Origin: Bigelowiella natans CCMP2755
Lineage: Eukaryota; Protista; Cercozoa
DNA: 64,000 bases
Direction of reading: 5' to 3'
Assembly: GCA_000320545.1 (NCBI GenBank)
Contig: ADNK01001510.1
Span: 62,001 to 126,000 of the forward strand
A model generated the notes under the pieces. The model was not told the origin of the DNA. It searched no databases and worked only from the letters and a program-made list of their open reading frames with translations. The first letter of the stretch is position 1; every line of letters begins with the position of its first letter. Below are positions 39,683 to 51,844 of the stretch, one piece after another. The translations under genes were made by a program, and so were the position numbers.

Positions 39683-41075
39683 TTATTGGGAGATCATACC
39701 TTCCTGCATCTGCGACTTGTTTGGCTTGATCATTGCTTGGAGGTCGGCATCACCCATACCTTTAATGAGACTTTTATGTCGAGCTAAAATATGTCCCTAC
39801 CAATTTGTTAAAATATCAGAGTAGTACATGGATTGATATAAAATAGCGCAAAGTACCTTGAGATGTACTCCCTGCCGAAAAGCTTTTCCGCACCATTCTA
39901 ATATTTGTTACCACTTTTAAAATAAGTTAGTTGTGAATGCATTAGTCAGCTACTTACCACATTTATATGGCCTTTCACCTGTATGGGATCGCATGTGCCT
40001 TTTCAATCTAGAAGGGTTAAAGAAAATTAAAATATTTTATGTGAAGAGAAAAAAAATAGCTCACCCGTATCTTGAATCAAACACCTTCAAACAAATTTTA
40101 CATCTGAAGATTAGAAGTGAACAAATGTAATGCTTTATGACAATGTGTTGTGCTCTGAAATTTTGTACGGGAAAGCTTTGAAGATTTTTCCAGAATCAAT
40201 GACAGAGCTCTGCAATGGAAGAGAAGTTGCACTGCCTGCAATCCTCCTTGCTTCGCCATCTTCGAGAGGATAGTAATATCCTTCTTTACTTTTGATAACC
40301 TGGGCAGACCTTACACTCTGAGCAAGAGGAGTAGCACGAGACTTCATGCAGCCACGTGATTCATTGATCTCTTTCATGTTGTCGAGGAGCGGCTGATGAG
40401 AGAAATTTCTTCTTCTGGGTAATGGTTGCCAGCGACTCTGCTCTAGCCTGATAACGTAACACAGAGAGTAGTTCACTGATCAGCACATCGCTATAGTTTT
40501 AAATGACAATACGATTACATGTTAGGTAAAGTTTATTTCACGTACTCTGGTGTGGAAGACTCATCAGGTAGCAGTGGCACGTTGTGATGATGGAAGCTGC
40601 TAGTAATGTGTGCAGGTGTGCTATCAAAATTCATTGGAATGTTGTCCGCGTATCTTCCATGTCTTTCATAAGGCCTGTAACGCAGAGTACGTTTGCCATT
40701 TCGTTTAGGTCCATGACTATGAGACAAGCTGCGATGACTTTTGAGATCGATACGGTTGTCGTTCTCGTTCTTCATGCTTGTATTTGGAGAATTTTGGTCT
40801 TTCCAAAGTTTTGAGGAATCGCCATTTTGTTGCCGACTAGCGGAAAGTTTATGGTCATGAAATGGAAGAAAGCAGTGCGGTTCGTCGCCACGTTGTGGGA
40901 GGATGGGAAGGCGATCAAGAGAACCTGGAATTTCTACAACTATCTTGCCATCTTGATCACGGTACACTTTAGCAGGCACGCCAAAATTAGAGCTCCTTCC
41001 TGTTTCGGAAATGAAAATGCAGGAAAGGAATTGGGCAACATCTGGCCCTTCGAATCTTCTCCTACGACTCATCAT
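39683..41075 (-). CDS. C2H2 zinc-finger transcription factor (two fingers), multi-exon
   Basis: Spliced [49 protein letters not shown] with canonical TGERP linker. Long first exon starts at ATG 41075. 3' end could extend by another exon. Confidence 0.82.
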
Positions 41076-41479
41076 TACGTTTGCCTGTGATGATGAAGCA
41101 ATGTATCAATGAATAGCCAGGTTATGCTTGCAAATTGATGTATTCGAGCACATGTTTGGGTCCTGCATCGGTTTTGAACGAATGGGGAGAGCATGTACTT
41201 TTCTTCACACCTGATTGATTCTTTGTTTAATTGGAGGGAGGTGTAAGAAGAGGAAGAATGTCTGGTAAATGAGCGCGAGAACCCTCTTACGATTGAACTA
41301 TCGAACAGCAGAACCTGCAAGAAACCGCATGCGATTTGGGCATTGTTCAAGATCATCACAGTCAATGTTCCTCGGAAATTGGGTCGATGCAAGGAAGTTA
41401 GTCTCTCATGCGCTCTCGCTTTGGCAAGCCCAAACGCGATGCGGAGCTTACGAACGAGGGCCACTTCTTAAGATTTTTG

Positions 41480-44144
41480 AGTGAGTTTCATTGTCACAGG
41501 CTGAAACGCAGTTCTCACTCGGAATGATTTGTGCACATGAACGGTAGCAATCAACACGGTCGGACTGACAACGCACATCACATCCATCTAAATCATCAAC
41601 AAAGTGTACCAGAATCGCCTGCGTTACGTGAATGTGAGAGCAGCAGTGCAATCTTCTTTTGACACAAGTGAGGTAGTCGGGGCTTGTCGGATGCGATTCC
41701 CTCAAAGAGGAGAAGGAGAGCCAGAACTCTATGAGTTGCCAAGACAAAGTGTTGTCTTTGAACTTTGTAAGAGGTGGCTGTTGACGATTTCGTGACACAC
41801 ACATCGGGTTGACACATGATGTGACTGGAAAAAGTGAGCTATGTGAGTGATTTGAGTCTTGAGGAGCAGAATATTCAACAGGGCATTTGGTTCAAAAGTT
41901 GTTCTTTCTCAAGAAAATGTGGTCAAAATGCAGTCCATTTTTTCGCAACCACCAGCCAAGCACCCACTCAAATCTCAAGCGTCAAACCTGTCATTCCGAA
42001 CTTCAAGCATGGAAATTTTCACATGCGACAATGGATGCACCGATGAACATTCCATCGCACCCGACAAGAATGCTCTTGTGTCTCTTCACCAACAGGGTGC
42101 TGACAAGTCCTTGCAACGAGTGTTGTTGAGGCTCTGCTGCGTGCAAATGCCTGTCTCCCATGTGGTTCTGGCGCGTGTGGTTTTTGATCAACGCTTTGTT
42201 CATTGTTCATTGTTCATTGTTCTGAAACTCCACTTGCTTCTTCTTGGAACGCTGTCTCTGTTGATCTCCGTGTGGACGTGGCTGTCAGGAAGTTCCTGCT
42301 CAGGATGGATGCTTTGCGTCGTCGTCATTTGGATGCCAGTTGTGATGCATTCAATGTTCAGTTCGTGCCAATTTGCACGAACCCCGCCACTGGCTAGCTG
42401 GGCCAGTTTGCCAGTCGGTCCCCACTGAAGCCAGTTCGAGGCACTGCACTTCGCACGTTGCAAGTGTCTTGTCACACTTTGGAAGTGTGGTTTTTCATCA
42501 TTGTTCTCATCGTTCTCTGCAAGTGCATTGCAACACTTTGGAAACGTTGTTTTTCACCGTTGTCCTTGTCCTTGTCGGTCGTCCCTGAACTGGTTCGTCA
42601 CGTTCGTTGTTCGTTGTTCTGTCTTGGCGCTCGTGGCCGGCTTGTGTGAAACGAACACTCGATCCTTCTTTGGTCAGGGAGGACGTGCGTGGGTGCGTTG
42701 ACACTTCCGGCGACCCTTTCAACGCAACTCGAGCACTGCTGGACTGAAATTGCTTCGTTCTGTTCGCTCTTTCGAACGAAACAACACGAGCTGTTGAACT
42801 TCGAACCACTCCAGCTCGACACTCCAACTGCCCTCGCAGTGGTTCTTTTTTGCAGGCGCTGCTCGCAAGCATTTTTTTCCACGTCCAGACGTGGTCGCTC
42901 ACACGCACGTTGAAATCGTTCACTTCGTTCTTTCGTTCTTTCGTTCTTTCGTTCCCGATCGTGCGCATGCATCCCTTCCAGCCTTGCCAGCTTGGCTCCA
43001 GCTTCGTGTGCACACGTGCTCCTCCTTCGATCGCTCGGGTGAATTTCATCACTGTTCGAACTGCGATGCATTGTCCAGACTGTCCGCAGCTGTGTTGACT
43101 CACCCGCAGGACTTCTGGACTTCTGCGCGTCACAGTGTGCGATGCACGTGTGTGCAACTGCATCCAGGTGTGTGCATTGTGTGGGTCACACTGTGTTCTG
43201 GACTTTGCCAGGCTGGCAGGTCCAGAGGTCCGGTCACAGGCAACGCCACAATGTCCAGGTGTGTGCACCCAACATTGTCCGATTGTGCACCCGCCCGATT
43301 GAACGTGGCAAGCCAGTCTCAGTGACAGCAACGACACACACAGCCAGACAGCAGACCGCGCTGGCACGACACAAAACCTTTTTTTTGATTTTTGTCTGGT
43401 CGTCGTCGGGAGTGCCAACCAACACTTGCCTCCTTTTCAACCAATGAAACCACCGCATCGAAAAAGCGCGTGCAACAGGTCGTGTCGCACCTTTTGGTTC
43501 CGACGGCCACGGCACGATGGCACTGTGTGTGGCACGACGGCACGTTGCCACGTGATCAATGAAACCCAGTGACAATGTCCATCACAATGAATCGAACAAA
43601 CAAAGTCGCAGGCAAGATGCTTCGCTAGCTCGGCGTGCGAACTAGCGAGCTCACACGACAAAGCGGCAGCTCGCGCTGGTGGACGCTCCAGCGCTGTGGA
43701 CGTGCATGATCCCAAATGCCATGCTCACGGCCTTGCTCACTTTTCAGGTGAAAGAGGGATTTGACTTGTGCAGAAATCATCATGAAGTTCTCCAGCTCTT
43801 GCATGGATCGGAGCTGCAGGAAGCGAGTTCGCAAATTCCTAGCCTTGCTCGCTTGGTTCTTTTGCAGCTTCGTTTGATTTGATTTTTTCACTTCAGTGCC
43901 ATCGTTGGATGACCAAGCATGTGCAAGCACATGCGTGTCTCTTGCCTTGCAGGTTGGAGACCAAGCACACGTGCAAGTGCACACGTGTCTCTTGCCATCA
44001 AACCACCAATTTCATTCGACGACAAAAACAGCAGCTTCAGGGATGATTGTGGACAACGTGACACAATGTCAACATGCATGCATGTGCATGTGCATGTGCA
44101 TGCAACATGTGCACACACGTGTGCATGCATGTGCACACATGTGC

Positions 44145-44180
<36 letters not shown>

Positions 44181-44560
44181 ACATGTGATGCACATCGATG
44201 TGCACACGGCCGCCAGGATTCGCAGGTAGGCAGGCCACAGCAGGCGAACTCTGCTCACGACGCAGATGATGACATTTCGCTTTGGCACAGAAAGCGACAG
44301 CACAAGCCTTGGGGAATGTGTCCATCACCGTGACAGCATTTCGTTCACCGTGGCGGACACAGCACATGATGCAAGCATGCAGGTGAACACATGGGGTCAC
44401 ACATTGGATCACACACCGCTGTGTCGAGTCATCAGATGTGGACACGCGCAACTTAGAGAGTGAAGTGTCTCGACAGTGAGCAGTGTTGAAAAATTGTGGA
44501 CTCACATTTGATCACGGTGGACATTAAAATTGAAATGTTTTCATGATGATGATTGTGCTG
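41480..44560. other. Extremely TpA-depleted island 5 (degenerate repeats and possible gene relics)
   Basis: Manual count: 4 TpA in 41874-44220, all in CTAGC; none between 42397 and 43625. CpG is abundant. Confidence 0.9.
43904..43996 (+). repeat. Two tandem ~49-bp copies of a repeat also present (reverse strand) at 26831-26886
   Basis: Shared core gacYRagYR...cgtgtctcttgc. Confidence 0.75.
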
Positions 44561-44718
44561 AACATGTCGCTAGGGATTTGCTGACTTCAAACCACTTCTT
44601 GATAGAAACGGTTAATGCAATTAAAGCCTTTGCAATTTTAGTAAATACACGAAACGACTTAATATGACTACACCTTGTTGGAAAAGAGCATCACCTGTTG
44701 ATGTGTTGTTGCAACACT

Positions 44719-45762
44719 TCAAAAGTTGTTGCCCTTCTCTAACTCGGCGCTAATGTGGTCTGCTCTTTTTTCCTGTTCTTGCGTTTTCACTGGATGATAA
44801 AACTTGCCATGCGTGTCGTTTCTGCGACAATCTTTTAGGGAGAGCGAAGGTCTGTAGCGAACAACACCAAGGAGCTCATCTGCGATCAAGCCCATTGCAC
44901 ATTCCGTTTGTTGGCACAGCCCCGGTACCAGGCACTCATGGTGGCCATGCCCACCACTAATTAGATGTTGGAATATAGTCGTCGCCAACTTCTTCGATAT
45001 CCGATGGACTGGAATGAAGGCTCTACTGTGATTTTCTACTGTGGCCACATCGCACGATTCCCAATGTAGCCAATTATTTGGAAATCCATTCTCATTTTGA
45101 TGTAACTCTGGAACAAGAAGATCTCTCCGATCATTTGCGTGCATATGCACAAATTCGAACCATTCACCCTAAGTTGATATTTCAGTCTCATATCAAAACA
45201 AATACGCTGAAATCATTCATTGTTTTATTTGACAAACTCTTACCGAGAAGTAAACATCCCCCTCTATGAACCAGGCAAAATCAAATATATTCTGATTCGC
45301 CATCCACGCTACTTGGGCAGGTTTAGCAGGGGCCTGGTATATGCCGCTGTACGTGTTGAAAGCTATTTTCGGAAAACGAGCTGTCTCAACCCTTCTGGAC
45401 ATCGGGATGAATGGTACTGAATGCTTGGTTAACTTCTCTGGATCGAACCTATCTTCGTCGTACATTATCAACGGCCGTACATACGCCATATCTCTTAGAC
45501 TTTCCAACTTTTTTATAGCATCACTTATAAGCGGGGATAACTCGTGGACAACAAGCACCACGGCAGTTTCTCCTTCTCTCTTAGATACTCTTCCAGAATA
45601 GTCTGTAGAATCTTCATAACTTTGGTATAAGTATTTTTGTTTTACACTAGTGTTTGTATTTTCTAGTCCGGGCACTAATGAAACCTGGGCAGGAATCGCG
45701 CGTGAATACCCGATGAGGCAGACAAGTATATATATGTTTTGAATGATGCATCTCCTAGTCAT
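44719..45762 (-). CDS. DUF3405-like putative glycosyltransferase with N-terminal signal/anchor, 2 exons (45762-45244, 45168-44719)
   Basis: FDFAWFIEGDVYFS|GEW, AFIPVHRISKKL, GHHECLVPGLC and C-terminal KFYHPVK motifs; hydrophobic N-terminus. Confidence 0.62.
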
Positions 45763-46382
45763 CAATGTAGCCCAGCTTACTCACTAGTTTGAGACAATTT
45801 TTATGAATCTGGATTAAGGTGTGCAGAGAGAAAGGTTTTGCATCCCGATCCCCACTCGCATTGGTTATTAATGAGTCGTTCGAATTTCAAACCATGGAAG
45901 ACTAGTAGGCGATATTTTATTTTAAGTTGTTTTTGTTGTCGTTGTTGCGGTAGCACTTGCAACTACAGCAACCTGGAGGGCAGAGGAGAAAATTCCTTCT
46001 TGAAAAATCCGATTTCATCTAAAACGTGGTTCACGGTGTAAAAAAAAACAGTAAAGGAGGCGTTTTACGAAGGATCAGGGAGAAATTGATCAGCAGAAAT
46101 TTGTAGAATTTAATAATTATTCGGATCACACAGATGCCCTACGTTATCAACCGAAAATGTCATGAGTCTGCACTATACATCCGAATACGCGCTCACATTC
46201 CGCGCCAAAGGAATGTGTTTCGTACTTATTACAACACCTCAGAGCTATGAGATGTCCTACATTTTAGTTATCCGTCAAAATAAGATGAAGTCGTAGAGAA
46301 AGAATTGTACGGCTATCTCTATTCCGTTTTGCGGATGAGAGGTTTGGGACTCCGCTAAACCCAAAAGGACTAAAAAACCAAC
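45763..46382. promoter_or_regulatory. Probable bidirectional promoter (DUF3405-like / CCT2)
   Basis: Short divergent spacer with normal TA content and no microsatellites. Confidence 0.4.
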
Positions 46383-48024
46383 ATGCAGGTTACCTCTCCC
46401 TTCACACAGATCCCTAGATGGAAAGCTGAGATGCAAAAACATATCACTTCACATACACCGCAGATAGATTGCATGGTTAAAGTTGTAGTTGTAATAAATA
46501 TGAGTCGGTTAAATCTAAATTAATCCATTTTTTACTAAATGCGGAAAAAAAATGCGCACTGAACATACACGTGTTGTCTTCAGAATGCTGTGTGATTTTG
46601 AGGATTCGTGTTTTATCTCCAAAATTCTTCTTGGTCTCGTCATTTTGAGAATTGGCAGCTTATGAAGAGTTATTATCTTATGTTGTAATAACCTCCTCTT
46701 TCATTGTTCTCAGAGGGTCAATCCGAAGATTTTCCGTGAAGAAGCTGGTGCTCGTGAAGAGAAAGGACAAAATGCCCGCCTGGTAATTAGAAAAGAATTC
46801 AATACTGTTGGATCAATTTCACGTTGTTGCCCGTCATTTTAAGGAGGAATTAAAATCTATTTTATTTTAACTCGACAGTCGTCATTTGTCGGTGCAATGG
46901 CCATTGCTGATCTTGTGAAGACTACTCTGGGCCCAAACGGAATGGTGAGCTACGAAAGGAAATTACAATAATCCGATAAATAACATTGGGGCATAGACAT
47001 TTCCAACAGATTGATCCTTTGCACCTTCGACACTGAATGTTGTGGTGTGCGTGTGTTTTTGTTATGTGTGTGTAATTGTTCCTTTCGTTAGGATAAGATT
47101 CTGCAGTCGCAAAGCGATCCGAAAAAAGTCACTGTGACTAACGATGGGGCAACGATTCTGAAGTCCATTTCACCAGAGAACGCAGCAGCAAAAATCCTCA
47201 TTAGTAATCTCACTGCTACTATAACATCAACTACTACAACTACTACACTCATTATCCTCGCATCTTTATTTATCCATTTTTTTAATGAGATTGTCACCTA
47301 ATCGTCCCTCAGATACGTCGAAGACACAAGACAGTGTTATCGGTGATGGTACCACATCTGTGGCAGTCCTTGCAGGTGAGCTTCTCAGGGAGGCAGAGCG
47401 TCTTGTGGATAAGAAGATCCATCCCCAGACAATCCTCTCAGGTAGTGAATATAAAATGGGGAGATAATACGGAGGAAGGGGGGAAGGATCAACATCGTAA
47501 GCAGAAATCATCATGTTTCGTAAATGGCTAAACGATAATGTAGCAGAGAATGATTGTTGAGAAATATTTTCATATCTTGCACCTTAGGATGGCGTAAGGC
47601 TGTGAAAGAAGCACGCAAGGCACTCGAGGCTGCGGCAAAGGATCATAAGAGCGACTCGGGTCCGTGTACTTCTTCACTTTTTAACATATGAATCATGTCA
47701 AAACGATTTCCTTTACAAAATTTTAGAATTGACAATTGTATTTATTTTTACAGAGGCGTTCAAAGCAGATTTACTCGATATTGCGCGCACCACCATTAGC
47801 TCCAAGATTCTCTCCCAGCACAAAGAGCATTTTGCCAAGATGTCTGTCGATGCTGTGCTGCGCCTGAAAGGAAGCACTGATCTGGAGCACATCCATATAA
47901 TCAAGAAAAAAGGTTTTATACTGAACTTAGAGAAAGGATGGCGGCGAAAAAATCGTATGAAATCCCGTATTGATGGAGTCCGTTTGTGATATGTAAACTC
48001 CTTGCTATCGTTTCTCTAAGTAAA

Positions 48025-48096
<72 letters not shown>

Positions 48097-48510
48097 CCTT
48101 GCTTTCCCCTTGTTTGACCCTCTCCTTGAATCACTGACTCACTGACTCACTCACTGACTCACTGACTCACTCACTGACACACTGACTCAGGAGGGTCACT
48201 CCAAGACTCATACCTTGATGAGGGTTTCATTCTTGAGAAGAGCTTTGGTATCGGACAGAAGAAGAAGCTGTTAAACCCCAAAATCATAGTCGCCAACACT
48301 CCTATGGACACTGACAAAATCAAGATCTATGGAGCTCGTGTTCGCGTAAAGTCAATGGAGGCAGTGTCAGACATAGAGAATGCAGAAAAAAAGAAAATGG
48401 CGAAGAAAGTCGCACAGATTCTTGAGCACAAACCTGAGTAAGTAGTAGACAGCGAATGAGTGAATGATAGCATGTAAAAGGAGGAGAAAATTCATTGACA
48501 ACCGTTAGAG

Positions 48511-48559
<49 letters not shown>

Positions 48560-49387
48560 GGATAGATAATTTTTATCCAGCATCATCGTTATCATATTTG
48601 CCTAAAATCATTATTATGTAGTAATAAAATCCTGCTATAATTGATTTCTTTGTTCATTATAATTGTCATCATTAGTGTCTTCATCAATCGGCAGTTGATA
48701 TACAACTATCCCGAGCAGCTTTTCACCAAGGCAGGTGTTGATACCATTGAACATGCGGATTTCGTGGGAGTGGAACGACTAGCTTTGGTCATGGGTGCAG
48801 AAATCGCTTCCACATTCGATGGAAAACCAGGATCCATTAAAATGGGAACTTGCAAGTCGGTGGAAGAGTTTTATATTGGCGAGGACAAAGTCGTTAAGTT
48901 CTCTGGAGTTGCGAAAGGAGAGGCATGCACTGTGGTCATGCGAGGCGCCAACCAACGTAATTATTACTATTGCTGCTCTTAAAAAAATTGGTCTATTACA
49001 ACGAAAGGGTGATGAGGGAGAAAGAGAAGGGAGAGAATGGAAAAACTAGTATTAATAATTCTCCAATAATGATGGACGGAGAAATATGATGGATTTCATC
49101 TACTTTTATATGATGATGATGATGATGATGACAGCAGTTTTTCATTCATTCGTCTTCGTATCATCATTCCTTTTCCCCTACTAACTACCTACTAGAAATC
49201 CTTGACGAAGCTGAGCGGTCGTTGCACGATGCTCTATGTGTTCTCTCTCAAACTGTAAAGGTGGTTGCGGTTGTAGGCATTTTAGAAAGAAATTATAGAG
49301 CAGCGAATGTAGTAGTTGTGGTAGTAGTAGTGCACTGGTGCTGTTGCTGCTTATTGCTGCTTTTGGGATGGGATAGTAGTAATAATC

Positions 49388-49423
<36 letters not shown>

Positions 49424-50005
49424 CCTTCTTATGTGTCCTCGAAAATTCGAATGAAAAAGAAGAAAGGCGATGCAAAACTCAACTATAATAACACGACAAC
49501 TTCGGCAGGATGAATGAACTTCAATATATGTATCTCAGTGTGCTTCTCTAACCCTTATTGCCTCCTATGATTTTTGTTACCCTCCCCTATTACTATTACT
49601 ATTATTATTATTAAGTTTACGAAAACTGTGTACGGGGGTGGATGCTCCGAGATGCTTATGGCAGAGGCAGTGGACAAGCTTGCAAGATCTACTCCTGGAA
49701 AGGAGTCTTTAGCTATGGAAGCCTTTGCTCGAGCTTTGCGCCAGTTGCCTACGATCATTGCGGATAATGGCGGACATGATAGTTCTGATCTGATTCCGAA
49801 GCTGCGGGCATGCCATCACAAAGGAGAAAGCACCATGGGGCTTGATATGGTCAACGGCAAGATCGGTGATATGACAGATCTTAAGATTGTTGAATCATTT
49901 AGATGCAAGAGTCAGGTAGTCATATCCGCCCATGAAGCGGCAGAGATGATTCTAAGGGTAGATGAAATCATTACCTGTGCTCCCCGACAAAGACAAGGGC
50001 CATAA
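46383..50005 (+). CDS. CCT2: T-complex protein 1 subunit beta (CCT2), 11 exons: 46383-46388, 46714-46782, 46879-46944, 47092-47203, 47313-47441, 47588-47659, 47754-47912, 48191-48437, 48676-48956, 49196-49260, 49616-50005
   Basis: [22 protein letters not shown]|[98 protein letters not shown]. Confidence 0.97.
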
Positions 50006-50179
50006 TCATACGACATAGAGGAAAAACTATTATCACAGCGCAAAGATGGAAATGGGCTTACTATTTGAAGGAGGAGGAGGTTAATGTACCCGAGGAAGAA
50101 GAAAGGTATCAATAAGATGCAATACTGCCAAAATTCTGTCTTAAAAACTAGCCAAGCCACCCGATAGAAAATAGCAGCT

Positions 50180-51780
50180 TAGTGCGTGTGCGCACTGTAC
50201 GTCACTCGATAAGCAATAAAAATCATATGATGGACAGTTCAATGTCATGCAGAAGTTTTCTGATGATGCACGCGCCATTTATTTCATTTTCATTAAGCCC
50301 GCCAAGCTAGCAAGCAATTAGTCCGCTGTTCATTCGTCATTGCTAGATTGCTTGCTTGTGCATTCTGTGCAATTCGCTCGCACAGGACTGCTACTAGCTA
50401 GCTACGCTGTAGACGACCAAAGGAGGGGCAGATGTGCGTGGCTCTTTTTGAAGGCCCGTGCTCCTCCTGTCCGACTAGCCGACCCTAGAACCCATTAAGC
50501 ATTGTTCGTCGCTCAGAATGCTGGAATGCATGCTTCGATCAGAAAAAAGTTGTGGCTGCACATTTTTCACTGCATGCGCGGCTTGCATGCTCGCTCGCTA
50601 GCTAGCTAGCTCGTGCGACAAACAAAACTAGAAAACATCACTGCACGTCTGCGCGTTTTGCTCGTGCTGCATCAGCGTGGCGACATTCTCTAGTTCTCCA
50701 GACTCTAGCATTAGCTAGCTCTAGAGCTAGCTAGCTAACTACGCTAGCACCACAAGGAATGCAAAGCCTTGCTCTAGTGCTAGCTAGCTCACACAGTTTG
50801 CACAATCGCTTGGCTAGCTAGCCACAGTAATTGGGCTGTCTAGCTGTGCTAGTGTGGCATGGTTTTTTTCTTCGCTCGCTAGCGCACACACAGCTCTAGA
50901 GCTAGCTAGACGACAGGGAAAATCACATGAGCATCAGAGGTGCAACGCACATGCACGATTGCGCAGATTTTTTGTGCACATTGTGACATGCCATAGCACT
51001 AGATCATCTAGTCATGCTTAGCTAATTCTAGAGTTAGCGTGCATCAGTTTTGCAGTGCCATGCTAGCTAGAGTGCGCACTTCGCGCGCACGACCATTGAA
51101 TGACAAATTCAATTTGATTCATCATGCACATCCGTCTAGCCGTCTCACTTCGCGCGCTGCGCTAGCTGCGCCCTAGTTGCTAACGTTTCAACCTTATAAA
51201 ATTCTTCAGCAGTGTGTTGGGTTTGTGTGTTGAAGAAGACGCTACCGTCTCTGTTTTATTATAGACACGTAATACAATATATATACTATGTCTATTATTT
51301 TTTTATTCGCTATAGTGAAAAAATTGCAATGCCACTGTACTCCGATTGCTGGAACGCAATAACTGACGGACTTTTTTGTCTGCATGGCATGCAGCCGAAA
51401 ATGAGGTGCACAAAAATAGCTGCAATTGCGCAAATGTTTAATATTGTCCCCTCGAGCTAGCTAGCTAGCATGCTTTGCATACATGACTTTCATGTGCACA
51501 CGGCGATGCGCATTGCTTGATTGTGATTGGTGCGCCGTGTCAGCCGCTGGGAACTGCAATTACCGAGTTTGGGCAATTGCCTGCTAGCTCGTGAGAACGT
51601 GAATGCACAGAAAGTTCACGTAGCTAGGTAGATGTGATCTGGATCTTGCTGCGATTAATGCTTGATGACAGCGTATGTAGATAGATGTGCACAAATTCAT
51701 TCAAAAGTACGCTAATCTACAGGAAACTTAGAGCCCTGCATATGTCTCGACATCAACCTCTAGTTTCAGCAAGGTTTGCA
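50180..51780. other. TpA-depleted island 6 with dense (GCTA)n/CTAG (between convergent CCT2 and JmjC 3' ends)
   Basis: Dozens of CTAG/GCTAGC plus TG/CA enrichment; a TA-rich patch persists at ~51240-51320. Confidence 0.75.
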
Positions 51781-51844
51781 TTCATGAAGTCCCTCTTGAT
51801 CGGACGAATAAATAAAGCCTATAATATGCGTTAAAATTTGGTCA

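Noticed and set aside
42507-43418. 303-aa ORF and the many overlapping Cys/His-rich ORFs in 41800-44500 and 26750-27780
   Set aside because: Loss of TpA removes TAA/TAG stops and all Tyr codons, so long ORFs open in all frames. No domain motifs are present.
41874-44220. CpG methylation decay or fungal-type RIP as the source of the TG/CA excess
   Set aside because: CpG is abundant and TpA is absent. RIP would enrich TpA and 5mC decay would deplete CpG. Some CpG decay may still co-occur.
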